The translations under genes and the position numbers were made by a program. Source: an uncultured Nitrososphaerota archaeon (GTDB lineage: Archaea; Thermoproteota; EX4484-205; JAAOZO01). Taken from it: a DNA stretch of 64,000 nt. Positions 20,201 through 29,635 of the stretch are shown here, in pieces (positions within the stretch are counted from its first letter, which is position 1; the number at the start of each line of letters is the position of its first letter). The notes below the pieces were generated by a model. It worked only from the letters and a program-made list of their open reading frames with translations, searched no databases and was not told the origin of the DNA. The stretch lies in contig CAYOYV010000001.1 of the NCBI GenBank assembly GCA_964408285.1, positions 219,841 to 283,840 on the forward strand. The letters run 5' to 3'.

Positions 20201-21097
20201 TTGAAGCCTGCGTTGGAATGTGCCGATTGCTCGACAAGAGTGTTCGTAAGGGTTCTGGAGAATACAGACGTTGACGAGAAGTTACGGATGAAGGCTCTCG
20301 CAAGAGCAATGCAGGCTTTGGCAACTCGGATGGAAGAAGGCGTTGCACCAGTCCAATTTGCAAATGAGATGTTTTCGACAATTCGCAATGTCACCGGAGT
20401 TGATGACCCGTTTAGGAATCTGAAGCAGATGAGTAACAAGGCGGCTCTTTCAATACTCCCGAAGACATTGGGTCTGATGAAGAAAAGAAAAGGAATAAGC
20501 GCCCTCAGGTCGGCTTGCTTGATCTCTATTTCTGGAAACGTAATAGATGTATCCACGGGAAATCACTCGTTCTCACTGCGCAGCCTCTGGGATGAAATTA
20601 GGCGGACTCTGGAAAGGGGTTTGGATGTTGACGACACACATGCCTTCACGACCGATGTGAAAAGAGGGGTCAGTGTTTTCCTGGTAGGGGATAATGCAGG
20701 TGAGATAGTCCTCGACATACCTCTAATAAGACTCCTTAGGAATAGGGGAATCAGAGTGAACTACATAGTTAGAGGAGGCCCAATTGCCAATGATGCGACG
20801 CTTGAAGACGCATACCAAGTAGGACTTGACAAGGAGGTTGACTACCTGGGCTCGACAGGTCAAAGGGCGTTTGGAATTAGGATCCGAGAACTGCGGCAAG
20901 ACAACAGGTCGGCATTCAATGCATCGGATGTCATACTGGCGAAGGGACAGAGCAATTACGAATCACTGAATTGGACGCCCACGCACAAGCCCGTGTTCTT
21001 TCTCTTCAGAGTCAAATGCAAACCGATCGCAGATACGCTTGGGCTGGCCGTTGGTTCGAATGTGTTCCTGAAAAAAGGAACGATACGTCGCAGCTAG
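20201..21097 (+). CDS. DUF89/ARMT1-like damage-control phosphatase
   Basis: C..C, GNVID, DNAGE, NDAT, KGQSNYE, KC. Confidence 0.9.
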   Translation: MKPALECADCSTRVFVRVLENTDVDEKLRMKALARAMQALATRMEEGVAPVQFANEMFSTIRNVTGVDDPFRNLKQMSNKAALSILPKTLGLMKKRKGISALRSACLISISGNVIDVSTGNHSFSLRSLWDEIRRTLERGLDVDDTHAFTTDVKRGVSVFLVGDNAGEIVLDIPLIRLLRNRGIRVNYIVRGGPIANDATLEDAYQVGLDKEVDYLGSTGQRAFGIRIRELRQDNRSAFNASDVILAKGQSNYESLNWTPTHKPVFFLFRVKCKPIADTLGLAVGSNVFLKKGTIRRS

Positions 21098-21098
21098 A

Positions 21099-22238
21099 TC
21101 AGGACTCGTGAATCAATCTCTGATAGATTTCGGCGAATCTTTTCGCAGTTGCAGATATATCTATTGTATTCAATGCCCATGACGAAGCCTTCTTCGTCAT
21201 ATCTGATAGATCAGTGCTTAAGGCGTACTCAATTTTCTTCAGTAGATCGCCTTTCTTGCCATAGTCGAACACTAATCCGTTGAACCCATCCTTGACCCAA
21301 TCCCTGAGTCCTCCCCTGTTAGACGCAACAACGACTCTCTCCAGCGCCATTCCTTCTGCAAGTGAGAGTCCGAATGTATCGCCCCTTGAAGGCAAGACTA
21401 CAACATCCGCCTGAGAAATCAATGAGGCCTTATGATTCTCTTTCACGTATCCCAATACCATCACTCTTCGAGCCCATTTAGACCTTGATGCCTCCTTCCT
21501 GAGGGCTTTGAGCTCGGGTCCCAAGCCTGCGTATATTAGGTACACATTAGACCTGCTCACGAGACCCTTAAATGAATCGAGCAGAAGGTAGACCCCCTTA
21601 TCAACGGTAAGCCTTCCCAAGTAAAGGATTATCTTAGCATGATCAGGGATCTTCAACCGGCTTCTGAAGTCGATTCTTCCCTTTTCACTGACAAGCTGAG
21701 AGAGCCTGACCCCCGGAGGCACGATCTCGACAGGGGTTTTCAATCCCGATCTCACCAGGAATTCCCTTTCGGATTCGGTCGGTGCGGTCACCAATTGGCA
21801 TCTATTGTAGACTCCTACCCCGAATCTGTTGAACAAGTCAGATACGAAGTAGATATAGGGCGTGCTCCCCATTGCCCGAGCCATGTTCGTGAAATTTGAG
21901 TGGAAAGTACCTAGGACGGGTATGCTCATTTCCTTGCTAGCGAGGATCCCTCCGACTCCCGCCATGAATGGAGTGTGAATATGGACCAACTGAATCTCGT
22001 CTTCCCTAGCAAGTCTTGCATATTGGCGAATCCAGAAGTATGACACCCAGTAGTTGCTGTAGAAGGGAAACGGAAGGGATCTAATCCTTCTTACGTTGTT
22101 CTCCTTCCTGCCCGGAGTCGAAGTATAGACAAGTCCCCGGAAGCCTAGGCTGTCAAGCTGAGGTACGAAGTCCTGTATGAAAGTTGCCACTCCGTCGACG
22201 CACGGGCGATATGATTCGCTGAAATGTCCGACTTTCAT
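21099..22238 (-). CDS. Glycosyltransferase family 4
   Basis: SESYRP.VDGV, HIHTP, GRL..DKG, DTFGLSLAEGM. Confidence 0.9.
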   Translation of the reverse strand: MKVGHFSESYRPCVDGVATFIQDFVPQLDSLGFRGLVYTSTPGRKENNVRRIRSLPFPFYSNYWVSYFWIRQYARLAREDEIQLVHIHTPFMAGVGGILASKEMSIPVLGTFHSNFTNMARAMGSTPYIYFVSDLFNRFGVGVYNRCQLVTAPTESEREFLVRSGLKTPVEIVPPGVRLSQLVSEKGRIDFRSRLKIPDHAKIILYLGRLTVDKGVYLLLDSFKGLVSRSNVYLIYAGLGPELKALRKEASRSKWARRVMVLGYVKENHKASLISQADVVVLPSRGDTFGLSLAEGMALERVVVASNRGGLRDWVKDGFNGLVFDYGKKGDLLKKIEYALSTDLSDMTKKASSWALNTIDISATAKRFAEIYQRLIHES

Positions 22239-22538
22239 GCCTGGCTCCTCCTTGGTCCTTTGCATGACCACTCCGCAAGTCGAACGAAGGCAGGCGGGCA
22301 AATTAATGTTTTTCAGCTCAAAGCATGGGCAGGAATGGTTGTCTCAGGGGACGAAGCGAACCGATCCCTTGCGTGTCATCACCAGACGCCGAGTTAATCC
22401 ACACCGTCCTGGGGGGTCAAATGAATGCTAGATGAAGCCGACTTTCATCTGGAGAAAAATAGTGCCAAGGTCCTAGACCAATGGGAAAATAAGCTTAATT
22501 ATCCATCCCCTCCTGCATTCTTCGGTAGGAGAATCGCC

Positions 22539-22898
22539 ATGGAGCGTTTCATGTCCCCTGAGGAAAAGGTCATATTCGAAGACAAGGCGAACTACATAGG
22601 TGGCCATAGCAATTGGCATGGCCGCGCGAGGGGCTCATTGGTCTTGACCAACAAGAGAATCTATTTCGAAGGTGTATTAGGCGGCATGCGCGAGAAAAGG
22701 CCAGAGCTTTTCTTCGAAGTGACACTGAATAAGATAATCGAAGTCAAAGTGGGGCAGCTGTCGGCCCTCAGCAAGCCGGTTCTTTCAATTGTCTATAAGA
22801 CATACGAAGGAAAGCTAGAGCAACCCAGCTTCCAAGTGGAGACTCCTGATTCCTGGAGGTCAGCTCTTTCGAATGTCAAGGTCGGCGGGATCTTCTAG
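22539..22898 (+). CDS. Stand-alone PH/GRAM-like domain protein
   Basis: E..IFED.ANY, GSLVLTNKRIYF, L.KI.EV, terminal W helix; likely ATG 22539. Confidence 0.65.
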   Translation: MERFMSPEEKVIFEDKANYIGGHSNWHGRARGSLVLTNKRIYFEGVLGGMREKRPELFFEVTLNKIIEVKVGQLSALSKPVLSIVYKTYEGKLEQPSFQVETPDSWRSALSNVKVGGIF

Positions 22899-22901
22899 GT
22901 A

Positions 22902-23129
22902 CTAGATTGCCCATATGAGGGTGGAGGTCTTGTCGACACCAGGAATCTTCCTGGTCTGGGTCACTACCTTGTCCAAATCAGCCATGGTTTCACATGCCAC
23001 CTTAAAGACGACATCGTATGATCCATACGTTATTGCTATCTCCGCGACTCCTGGCATTTTCTTGATCTGATCGGCCACCTCATGCTCTCTACCCACTTCG
23101 GTCACCAACAGTACGTAGGCGACAACCAT
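22902..23129 (-). CDS. Stand-alone Lrp/AsnC ligand-binding (RAM) domain
   Basis: AYVLL....G.E..V, TYGSYDVV, IPGV..TSTLI. Confidence 0.88.
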   Translation of the reverse strand: MVVAYVLLVTEVGREHEVADQIKKMPGVAEIAITYGSYDVVFKVACETMADLDKVVTQTRKIPGVDKTSTLIWAI

Positions 23130-23285
23130 GGTTCGGTGGGCTGGGGAATTGCATTTAAACTATTGTCGGAGGAGCGCTCCATGGCAGAACCCGGTCCCTT
23201 GAGATCACGGAGCAATTATTATCACTCCCCAGGACTTGATATGACGAGGTTAAGCTTAAATAAGCGAGGAGCTTCGGGGGAAGAA

Positions 23286-23495
23286 ATGATTGCCGCTCTG
23301 TCCAATCAGACAGATTTGACTTCGAATATCTTCTGGATAATGTACATCATGGCGCTGGTGATAAGCGTTGCAGGAGTGTTGATATTCAGCAAGTTGAGAC
23401 ACGACAGAGCTGTAGAGAGATTCAGGCGCAATGTGGCTATGGCTAGAAGGGACGCTTCATCCGTTTGGCCTTCACGAGAGTACGAGGAAGAGTGA
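23286..23495 (+). CDS. Small single-TM protein
   Basis: ATG 23286 downstream of TTAAATA; one TM then a basic/acidic tail. Confidence 0.55.
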   Translation: MIAALSNQTDLTSNIFWIMYIMALVISVAGVLIFSKLRHDRAVERFRRNVAMARRDASSVWPSREYEEE

Positions 23496-23608
23496 AGATC
23501 TTCTCCATCACTCGATCATGGTTTGGCGATCACGATACGGTCTTGCAGGAATTCAGGCCCGAAGCTTCGAACGCCTAGCTGTAGCACCATGGGAGGATCC
23601 ATTGGACA

Positions 23609-24268
23609 ATGGTTGATATCCTCGATTTCTCAAATCCGCAATCGGTTCTTCTTAGGGAGACAATTCACAGGCTAGGGGGATCGCCCATCTCAAGCATCGT
23701 AGCCGACAGGTTGGGATCATTCGCCGAAATCCAATCGATGGGATTCAGCGACTGGTTCCCTGAATTATGTTTCTGCATATTGGTAGCGAATTCACCGGCG
23801 AGAAAGATTCTGAGGGCAATCGAGTCAATAGAACCAGAATGCCTCCTCAGATCGTCCGAGGAGGACTTGAGAAGGAGATTGAAGATGTCAGGTGTTAGAT
23901 TCCACAACAGGGCTTCATTCATAGTTGAGGCAAGGAAGTTCACAGACCTAAAGGATAGAGTTCTTCGCTATAGAAAATCCACGGATGCCAGGGAATGGTT
24001 GGCGGGCAACATAAGAGGTCTTGGATACAAGGAAGCAAGTCATTTTCTACGGAATGTTGGCTTTCTAGACCTGGCAATTCTGGACAGGCACGTTGTCCAT
24101 GTTCTAATATCTACGATCTCTGTTCCTGGCGCAGGGATGCCAAAATCAAGGAACCAATATCTTGAGATGGAGGAGCTCTATCTGAGATTCTCGGGATTCG
24201 TGGGTCTCAGGCCCGGCGAATTGGATCTCTACCTATGGTATCTGAGCACCGGCGATATAGTGAAATGA
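23609..24268 (+). CDS. ogg: 8-oxoguanine DNA glycosylase/AP lyase (Ogg2)
   Basis: ELCFCIL, GLGYKEASHFLRNVG, ILDRH, DLYLW, C-terminal Lys. Confidence 0.93.
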   Translation: MVDILDFSNPQSVLLRETIHRLGGSPISSIVADRLGSFAEIQSMGFSDWFPELCFCILVANSPARKILRAIESIEPECLLRSSEEDLRRRLKMSGVRFHNRASFIVEARKFTDLKDRVLRYRKSTDAREWLAGNIRGLGYKEASHFLRNVGFLDLAILDRHVVHVLISTISVPGAGMPKSRNQYLEMEELYLRFSGFVGLRPGELDLYLWYLSTGDIVK

Positions 24269-24269
24269 C

Positions 24270-24752
24270 TCAGCTGCCCACTGCAGTCAGAATGACTTCC
24301 CTTTCCCTCGGTCCATTCATCTCGATGAAGAACACTCCTTGCCAACTTCCGACGAGAAGTGTTCCTTCCTCTATAGGCAGTGTTACGCTATTGCCTAGAA
24401 TCGCTGAACTCAGATAGGCCGAGAGAACCTGCGTGTCTCCTTTGTACTCCTGCAGAAGACCGGCCATTCTGTCTCCTTTCGTGTATTCACTGAATATATT
24501 GCCTATGGTCTGAGTAACACCTTCTCTCCTATTCGAAAGTACAAGCGCGCTAGTGGTATGTCTATTGTAGCATGATATCAGCCCATTCCTAATGCCTGAC
24601 GCCTTCAGGAATTCCCTTACATGATCCGAGACATCTATCACCTCTTTCTGCTTTTCGGTGTTTATCAGCAGCCTTTTCCTGAACACCCTGAGGCCGGGAG
24701 CTGAAGTAATCGTGAAATCGTATGATCCCTTTGTCTCACCCTCGCTTCCCAT
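24270..24752 (-). CDS. YjbQ/UPF0047 family protein
   Basis: HTTSAL, GSWQGVFFIEMNGPRER. Confidence 0.85.
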   Translation of the reverse strand: MGSEGETKGSYDFTITSAPGLRVFRKRLLINTEKQKEVIDVSDHVREFLKASGIRNGLISCYNRHTTSALVLSNRREGVTQTIGNIFSEYTKGDRMAGLLQEYKGDTQVLSAYLSSAILGNSVTLPIEEGTLLVGSWQGVFFIEMNGPREREVILTAVGS

Positions 24753-24846
24753 TGTCCATCCTCAATGGTTGAAAGGCAACAAAGCATTTAAAAGGTTTGG
24801 GAATCGACGACCTTGGAAGCCATTCGGTTTTGGCGGTGAATCTCCG

Positions 24847-27800
24847 ATGAGAGCATTCTATGAAGGCGCTTGCCCTAACTGCAGCGGAACAATCTCCGCA
24901 GAGAGATTGGTCAAGGGGTATGCATGCGAGAGATGTCTGCCGAGCTTGCCATCAGGCTTGGAGGACCCTCGAAATTATGCGATGCCTCTGAGCCATGAGT
25001 ATGAGGCGATTCTGGTTGTCAAGAAAAAGCTAAGCGAGTTCCGGAATCGAGTCAGGTCGCTTACATCCCACGATCCTACTCCCATTCAAGAATGGGCAGC
25101 CTGCATGATATTTCGAAATCAGAGCATTGCTATCTCAATGCCGGATGGCATGGGTAAGACCACACTGGCTGCGTCGGTGTGCGCCATCGAAATTGGCACT
25201 GGAAAGAAATGCCTCTACATCACACATTCCGCTTCCGAGGCTGATAGGGTAGAGGGAATTATCAAGACATTGGTGGCCCATTCGATTGCTGCGGATCTGA
25301 GAGCGCGAGAGCCAGAGATGCCCGTCAAATTAGTCGTTGCTTGTTCAGAAGAAGTGATTTCCGCAGGACCGGATTCAAGTAGACTTGAGGCCGGACTGGT
25401 GATCTTCGACAACATAGCGCAAGACGAAACTAGGCGAATTGGCGCATTGCTGCAACTTGATACGACTACATCGCTCTTCCTCTCGGAGGTGCCTGGGAAG
25501 TGGAATCGGATGTCGAAGATGTTTCCGAATGTCGACCATGTTCTCTCAAGGAAGATCCAAGGCCTTTCTGCCTATAACGTCTATGAGATAGAAAGCCCTA
25601 AGCTATCCTCAGCCCAACTGGCCAATCTCTGTTCAACGATAAGCGGTCAAAGGATTGCGATTGTCGATGGGACGCCAGCGTCCTCATTGTCACTGCCATC
25701 GAATTCAGCGGCCTACGAATCAGGGCTCGCTCTGGAATGTGATGCCAAATCAGGAGTCAGACAACAAAGCCGTCTTGGGGCTCTTAGGGGAATTGATATC
25801 CTCATCTTCAACGATCTGCCGGAGACACGCATTGAACTGAAAGAGGATTCGCTGACGCAGGAAAATCTCGCTTCCTTGGAAAGTATCCTACGATGGCTTA
25901 ACGGAATCGAGGGAGAGATATTATCATCCTTTCTCAAGAAGCCCAACAAGAGAAAGACCCTCAAATGGCTTACTGAGGAGCTAAAATCCGCCAGCGGAGG
26001 GAAACGCAAGTGGGCTAGTGGCGTGTGTCATTTTGAACTCGTCACGGATGGAATAGGGATCAGAAGCATTGATGTGGCAAGCTATGCCAAATGGTTGTCG
26101 CTTTCGGTGCAGGTGAGAGAAAGTATGGTGAAATGGCCAACGGTTCTCCTGATATCCGAGAGGGACAAACTCAGGGCTCTAGAGGCCATCTTGAGAGAGA
26201 TCCACGATCCTCACATCACTAGCGGAGCATTGGAGTCTTTGGCTGAGCACGCGAGGCAAGGGGTCATCGGCAGTTCTCTTAACCCTCATGTCGAGGTCGA
26301 TCTGTTGATCGTGGAATCACCCACAAAGGCTAGGACTGTAGCACAGATCTTCGGTAGAATAGGAGCAAGCAAGAAAGGAGAATTGCCAACCTATTGGACG
26401 CAAATCGGTCGTATATTACTGCGGTGCGTGGCAACTGGCGGTCATATCTATGACCTGGTCCTAGAAGGTGGATTCCATGGCGTGAGAACGGATGGGAATC
26501 GATTCGCTCCTGCCTATGGCTTCATTGAGAAATGCCCCAAATGCGGGAAACAAGTCGTGTCAGTTATGGTCTGCGGTCGTTGCGGATCCCAAGAGCTTAG
26601 GAGCAAGGAAGGTCTCATGAGGGGGATCCGGAGCCTCTCGGCCTCTGCCAAGTCCGTTTTTGTGGCGACCGATCCTGACGCCGAGGGTGAGAAGATAGCC
26701 ATAGATATCTCTGCTTATGTTTCTCCGTTCGCAAACGACGTAAAGCGAGTCACATTCCATGAATTAACGAAAAGGGCCATCGTGGAATCCCTGCAGTCCC
26801 CAAGGGAGATCTCCATGCCACTCGTCGAAGCTCAAATGGTAAGACGGATAGAGGACAGGTGGATTGGGTTTGAATTAAGCAAGAGACTCTGGGAGAATTT
26901 CTCAAGCAGACATCTCTCCGCTGGTAGGGCGCAGACCCCGGTGCTCGGATGGGTAGTAGACAGGGTAAGGGAAAGCAAGGAAAAAAAGATCTACCTCATC
27001 GCACAGTTAGATTCAGGAATTGCAGCATGGGTCGATGTAACCGGGAGAGACGATATCAAAGAATTGAAGAAGATGATGCGGTCAGCCGTGGCGGAGATTG
27101 AGGTAATTCGGGAAGAAACTAGGGAGATCAAGCCCTTTCCACCGTACACGACAGACTCTCTCTTAAGGGACTCTTTCTCTTTCCTGCATATAAACCCCAA
27201 TTATGCTATGAGACTCGCTCAGGATTTGTTCGAAATGGGCCTCATTACCTATCACAGGACGGACTCAACAAGGACTTCTTCCTATGGCATAGAGGTTGCC
27301 AAAACCTACCTAGACCAGAAATTCCCAGGGCAGTTCAGGCCGAGAACATGGCAGAAAGAAGGAGCACATGAAGCGATAAGGGCGACTAGATCATTGGATC
27401 TTGGCTCATTGTTGAATAAGTTCCGTTCTGGGGAATTGAAACTGAGCAAGCAATTTACAGGGTATCATCAGAGGCTGTATGAGATGATCTTCAGGAGATT
27501 CATTTCTTCACAGATGAGAGCCGCTACCGTAGTCTATCAGCATTTCAGGATTACGCTTAATGATTTTGTTATAGAAAAAGAGCGGAGGGTAGAGGTCAAG
27601 GAGCCTGGTTTCACGATGATGGTTCCACTCAAAATCGAACAGAGAATCAATCCAGGACATGAACCAGTCAAGTCAGTATCCAAGAGAACGATGCCGAAGG
27701 TTTGGCTTTTCACGGTGGGCGATATTGTTACAGCAATGAAACAGAAAGAAATAGGAAGGCCAAGTACATACGCGAAGATAATAGACACAATACTCACGCG

Positions 27801-28017
27801 CAGATATGCTTTTGAAGTAAATGGGAGGATAATATCCACCAAGCTGGGCAACGACGTGAGCGATTACTTGAGATCGAGATATGGCAAGTATATTTCCGAG
27901 GAAGCAACCCGCAAACTTGAGAGAACCATGAAGAGAATTGAGGACGGTCAAGAGGAATGTCAGGAGGTTCTGTCGGAGCTATACAGGGAGGTAATCTCCT
28001 TGCCCCCAGCCAAGTAG
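24847..28017 (+). CDS. rgy: Reverse gyrase homolog: intact topoisomerase IA domain, degenerate helicase domain
   Basis: N-terminal CPNC..I..ERL..G..C..C Zn finger; IVESPTKA, TDPDAEGE, RRIEDRWIGF, SAGR, GLITYHRTDS, EGAHE, GRPSTY; ATG 24847 (1056 aa). Confidence 0.9.
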   Translation: MRAFYEGACPNCSGTISAERLVKGYACERCLPSLPSGLEDPRNYAMPLSHEYEAILVVKKKLSEFRNRVRSLTSHDPTPIQEWAACMIFRNQSIAISMPDGMGKTTLAASVCAIEIGTGKKCLYITHSASEADRVEGIIKTLVAHSIAADLRAREPEMPVKLVVACSEEVISAGPDSSRLEAGLVIFDNIAQDETRRIGALLQLDTTTSLFLSEVPGKWNRMSKMFPNVDHVLSRKIQGLSAYNVYEIESPKLSSAQLANLCSTISGQRIAIVDGTPASSLSLPSNSAAYESGLALECDAKSGVRQQSRLGALRGIDILIFNDLPETRIELKEDSLTQENLASLESILRWLNGIEGEILSSFLKKPNKRKTLKWLTEELKSASGGKRKWASGVCHFELVTDGIGIRSIDVASYAKWLSLSVQVRESMVKWPTVLLISERDKLRALEAILREIHDPHITSGALESLAEHARQGVIGSSLNPHVEVDLLIVESPTKARTVAQIFGRIGASKKGELPTYWTQIGRILLRCVATGGHIYDLVLEGGFHGVRTDGNRFAPAYGFIEKCPKCGKQVVSVMVCGRCGSQELRSKEGLMRGIRSLSASAKSVFVATDPDAEGEKIAIDISAYVSPFANDVKRVTFHELTKRAIVESLQSPREISMPLVEAQMVRRIEDRWIGFELSKRLWENFSSRHLSAGRAQTPVLGWVVDRVRESKEKKIYLIAQLDSGIAAWVDVTGRDDIKELKKMMRSAVAEIEVIREETREIKPFPPYTTDSLLRDSFSFLHINPNYAMRLAQDLFEMGLITYHRTDSTRTSSYGIEVAKTYLDQKFPGQFRPRTWQKEGAHEAIRATRSLDLGSLLNKFRSGELKLSKQFTGYHQRLYEMIFRRFISSQMRAATVVYQHFRITLNDFVIEKERRVEVKEPGFTMMVPLKIEQRINPGHEPVKSVSKRTMPKVWLFTVGDIVTAMKQKEIGRPSTYAKIIDTILTRRYAFEVNGRIISTKLGNDVSDYLRSRYGKYISEEATRKLERTMKRIEDGQEECQEVLSELYREVISLPPAK

Positions 28018-28028
28018 GAGCCAGCCTA

Positions 28029-28319
28029 TCATAACGCCATCCCGAATGCCTTCAGGAAGGATCTCGCCTTGTCATATTGCTCTAGGAATTCCAGACCTTT
28101 TTCCGTCAGCGTATAGAATCTCCGATCATCGTCACTTTCCTCCTGTATTAGTCCCTGCTGCAGTAGCTGGCTGAGCCTTGTTTCCAATCTATCCGTTGGG
28201 AGATTTGCTTTCTGCATGATTCGGGTCTTCCCTACGCGTTCTTCTTCTCTCACTGCCTCCAAGATGTCGGCCAATATTGACACACTCGAACGATATCTCT
28301 TCGAGGTCCTAAGGGTCAT
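28029..28319 (-). CDS. Winged-helix transcription regulator (archaeal type)
   Basis: RS...I.ADIL, KTRIMQKANL, YTLTEKG.EFL. Confidence 0.85.
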   Translation of the reverse strand: MTLRTSKRYRSSVSILADILEAVREEERVGKTRIMQKANLPTDRLETRLSQLLQQGLIQEESDDDRRFYTLTEKGLEFLEQYDKARSFLKAFGMAL

Positions 28320-28933
28320 TTTCGGCCTACCCTTCCTAGCATGAAGAGAAGGAGGAAATACCCGATTAGCCTAAACGACGTCTCGACCACAAGAAGTTGG
28401 GGAGCGGCTGAGCTGAGGAGATTCGAGAGATGCGATGCCGTCAGGAACACGAATGATCCTGCAACCAGCAATTGGCTCGTTTCCCGGTCTTTCGAATAGC
28501 GGTATAGCACTATCAATATCATTGACAGCAGAATCAACACATTGAGGAGATTGAAGGACAGAGTGATGGCCGTGAAGAGCAATTGAGCTGTGATGTCAGA
28601 AGGCTCCTCGCCTTGGCCAAGAATCGTGGATGCTTGACGCCATAGGAGAAGAGAGTAAGCGAGAGCTGAAGCTGAAGCCAGCAAGGCGTCCCCAAGCAGG
28701 CTGTAAGGCCTGACCGGAATCACTTTGGCGGCTCCCAAGACTGAGGTCAGTATGAGCGAATTTCTGGTGAGGCTGGACGCCCCCAGAATTGAAAATGAGA
28801 GTGAGAATGTCAACAGGGCCGGCTCGGTCGTGTGTTTGTAGGCCCTATAGGCTCGATATGCCACATAGAACGCAATAAATCCTGAGACTGTCTCAAGGAT
28901 AACGTCAAAGAGTAGACTCTGAGAAGGTGTCAT
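28316..28933 (-). CDS. Multi-pass (6-7 TM) membrane protein, putative sensor
   Basis: Hydrophobic helices with repeated Y....E..LL...SF; ATGA overlap with the wHTH gene. Confidence 0.7.
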   Translation of the reverse strand: MTPSQSLLFDVILETVSGFIAFYVAYRAYRAYKHTTEPALLTFSLSFSILGASSLTRNSLILTSVLGAAKVIPVRPYSLLGDALLASASALAYSLLLWRQASTILGQGEEPSDITAQLLFTAITLSFNLLNVLILLSMILIVLYRYSKDRETSQLLVAGSFVFLTASHLSNLLSSAAPQLLVVETSFRLIGYFLLLFMLGRVGRK

Positions 28934-29055
28934 CTAAGACAAGAGCCCACAGCATGAGAAGAAATATATTTCGCAGAACGTCATCTGACATTCAGTGAAC
29001 ACTGCAAATCAGAAGCGGGCAAGTTCATATATAGGCTATGGCTTCAAGACAATGG

Positions 29056-29136
29056 GCCAGGGTGGCCGATTGGAAGGCGGCGGGCTGCAGCGAAGCGGCG
29101 ACCCACTTCACGGGGGTTCGAATCCCTCCCCTGGCT
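29056..29136 (+). tRNA. tRNA-Cys(GCA) with 10-nt intron at 37/38 (29091-29100); CCA not encoded
   Basis: Acceptor GCCAGGG/CCCTGGC, discriminator U, D arm GCCG..AGGC, anticodon CT-GCA-G, T arm GGGGG-TTCGAAT-CCCTC; TATA about 25 nt upstream. Confidence 0.92.
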
Positions 29137-29139
29137 TCA

Positions 29140-29165
29140 CCCTCAGATCTCTTTATCTCTGAGGG
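29140..29165 (+). other. 8-bp inverted repeat immediately 3' of tRNA-Cys
   Basis: CCCTCAGA-10 nt-TCTGAGGG; possible terminator or processing hairpin. Confidence 0.45.
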
Positions 29166-29214
29166 GTCTGGCACAAGACTTATTAGTAATCCGTTATACA
29201 ACCCTCTTATAAAA

Positions 29215-29553
29215 ATGGTCATTAAGTGCGAGAAATTCGTGAAGGATGCCCTGCCCGCTACAAGGTCAATGCTTGCGAGAAAGATGTTGTATGAGAAAGG
29301 AATGACTCAGATGCAAGTCGCAAGCGTGTTGGGCGTATCGCAGGCTTCCATAAGCCAGTACCTGAGTGCAAAAAGGGGCAACGCATTCCTCAAGCAGCTA
29401 TCATCTGATCCTCTGATAAAAGCATCGATCGAGGAATTATTGACCAACTTGCTTGATAGCAAGCGTTCGACAGACCAGAAACAGGAAGCGTTCTGCGAAT
29501 TCTGTGAAGTAGTCAATAAGAGACTGCGGAAGGGCTCAAGAAAAAGGAGCTGA
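29215..29553 (+). CDS. HTH transcription regulator (COG2522-like)
   Basis: CE..VK..LPA.R, GMTQ.QVA..LGVSQASISQYL..KRG, C..C; true start ATG 29215. Confidence 0.85.
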   Translation: MVIKCEKFVKDALPATRSMLARKMLYEKGMTQMQVASVLGVSQASISQYLSAKRGNAFLKQLSSDPLIKASIEELLTNLLDSKRSTDQKQEAFCEFCEVVNKRLRKGSRKRS

Positions 29554-29635
29554 ATGGCACAGCATTCGACTGGAATCGAAATCCAATCAAGAGATCGCGC
29601 AAGCCATTAAAACACTCGTGAAACGTATACGGTTC

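Noticed and set aside
29038-29214. N-terminal extension of the 171-aa HTH ORF
   Set aside because: Runs through tRNA-Cys; the family match starts at ATG 29215
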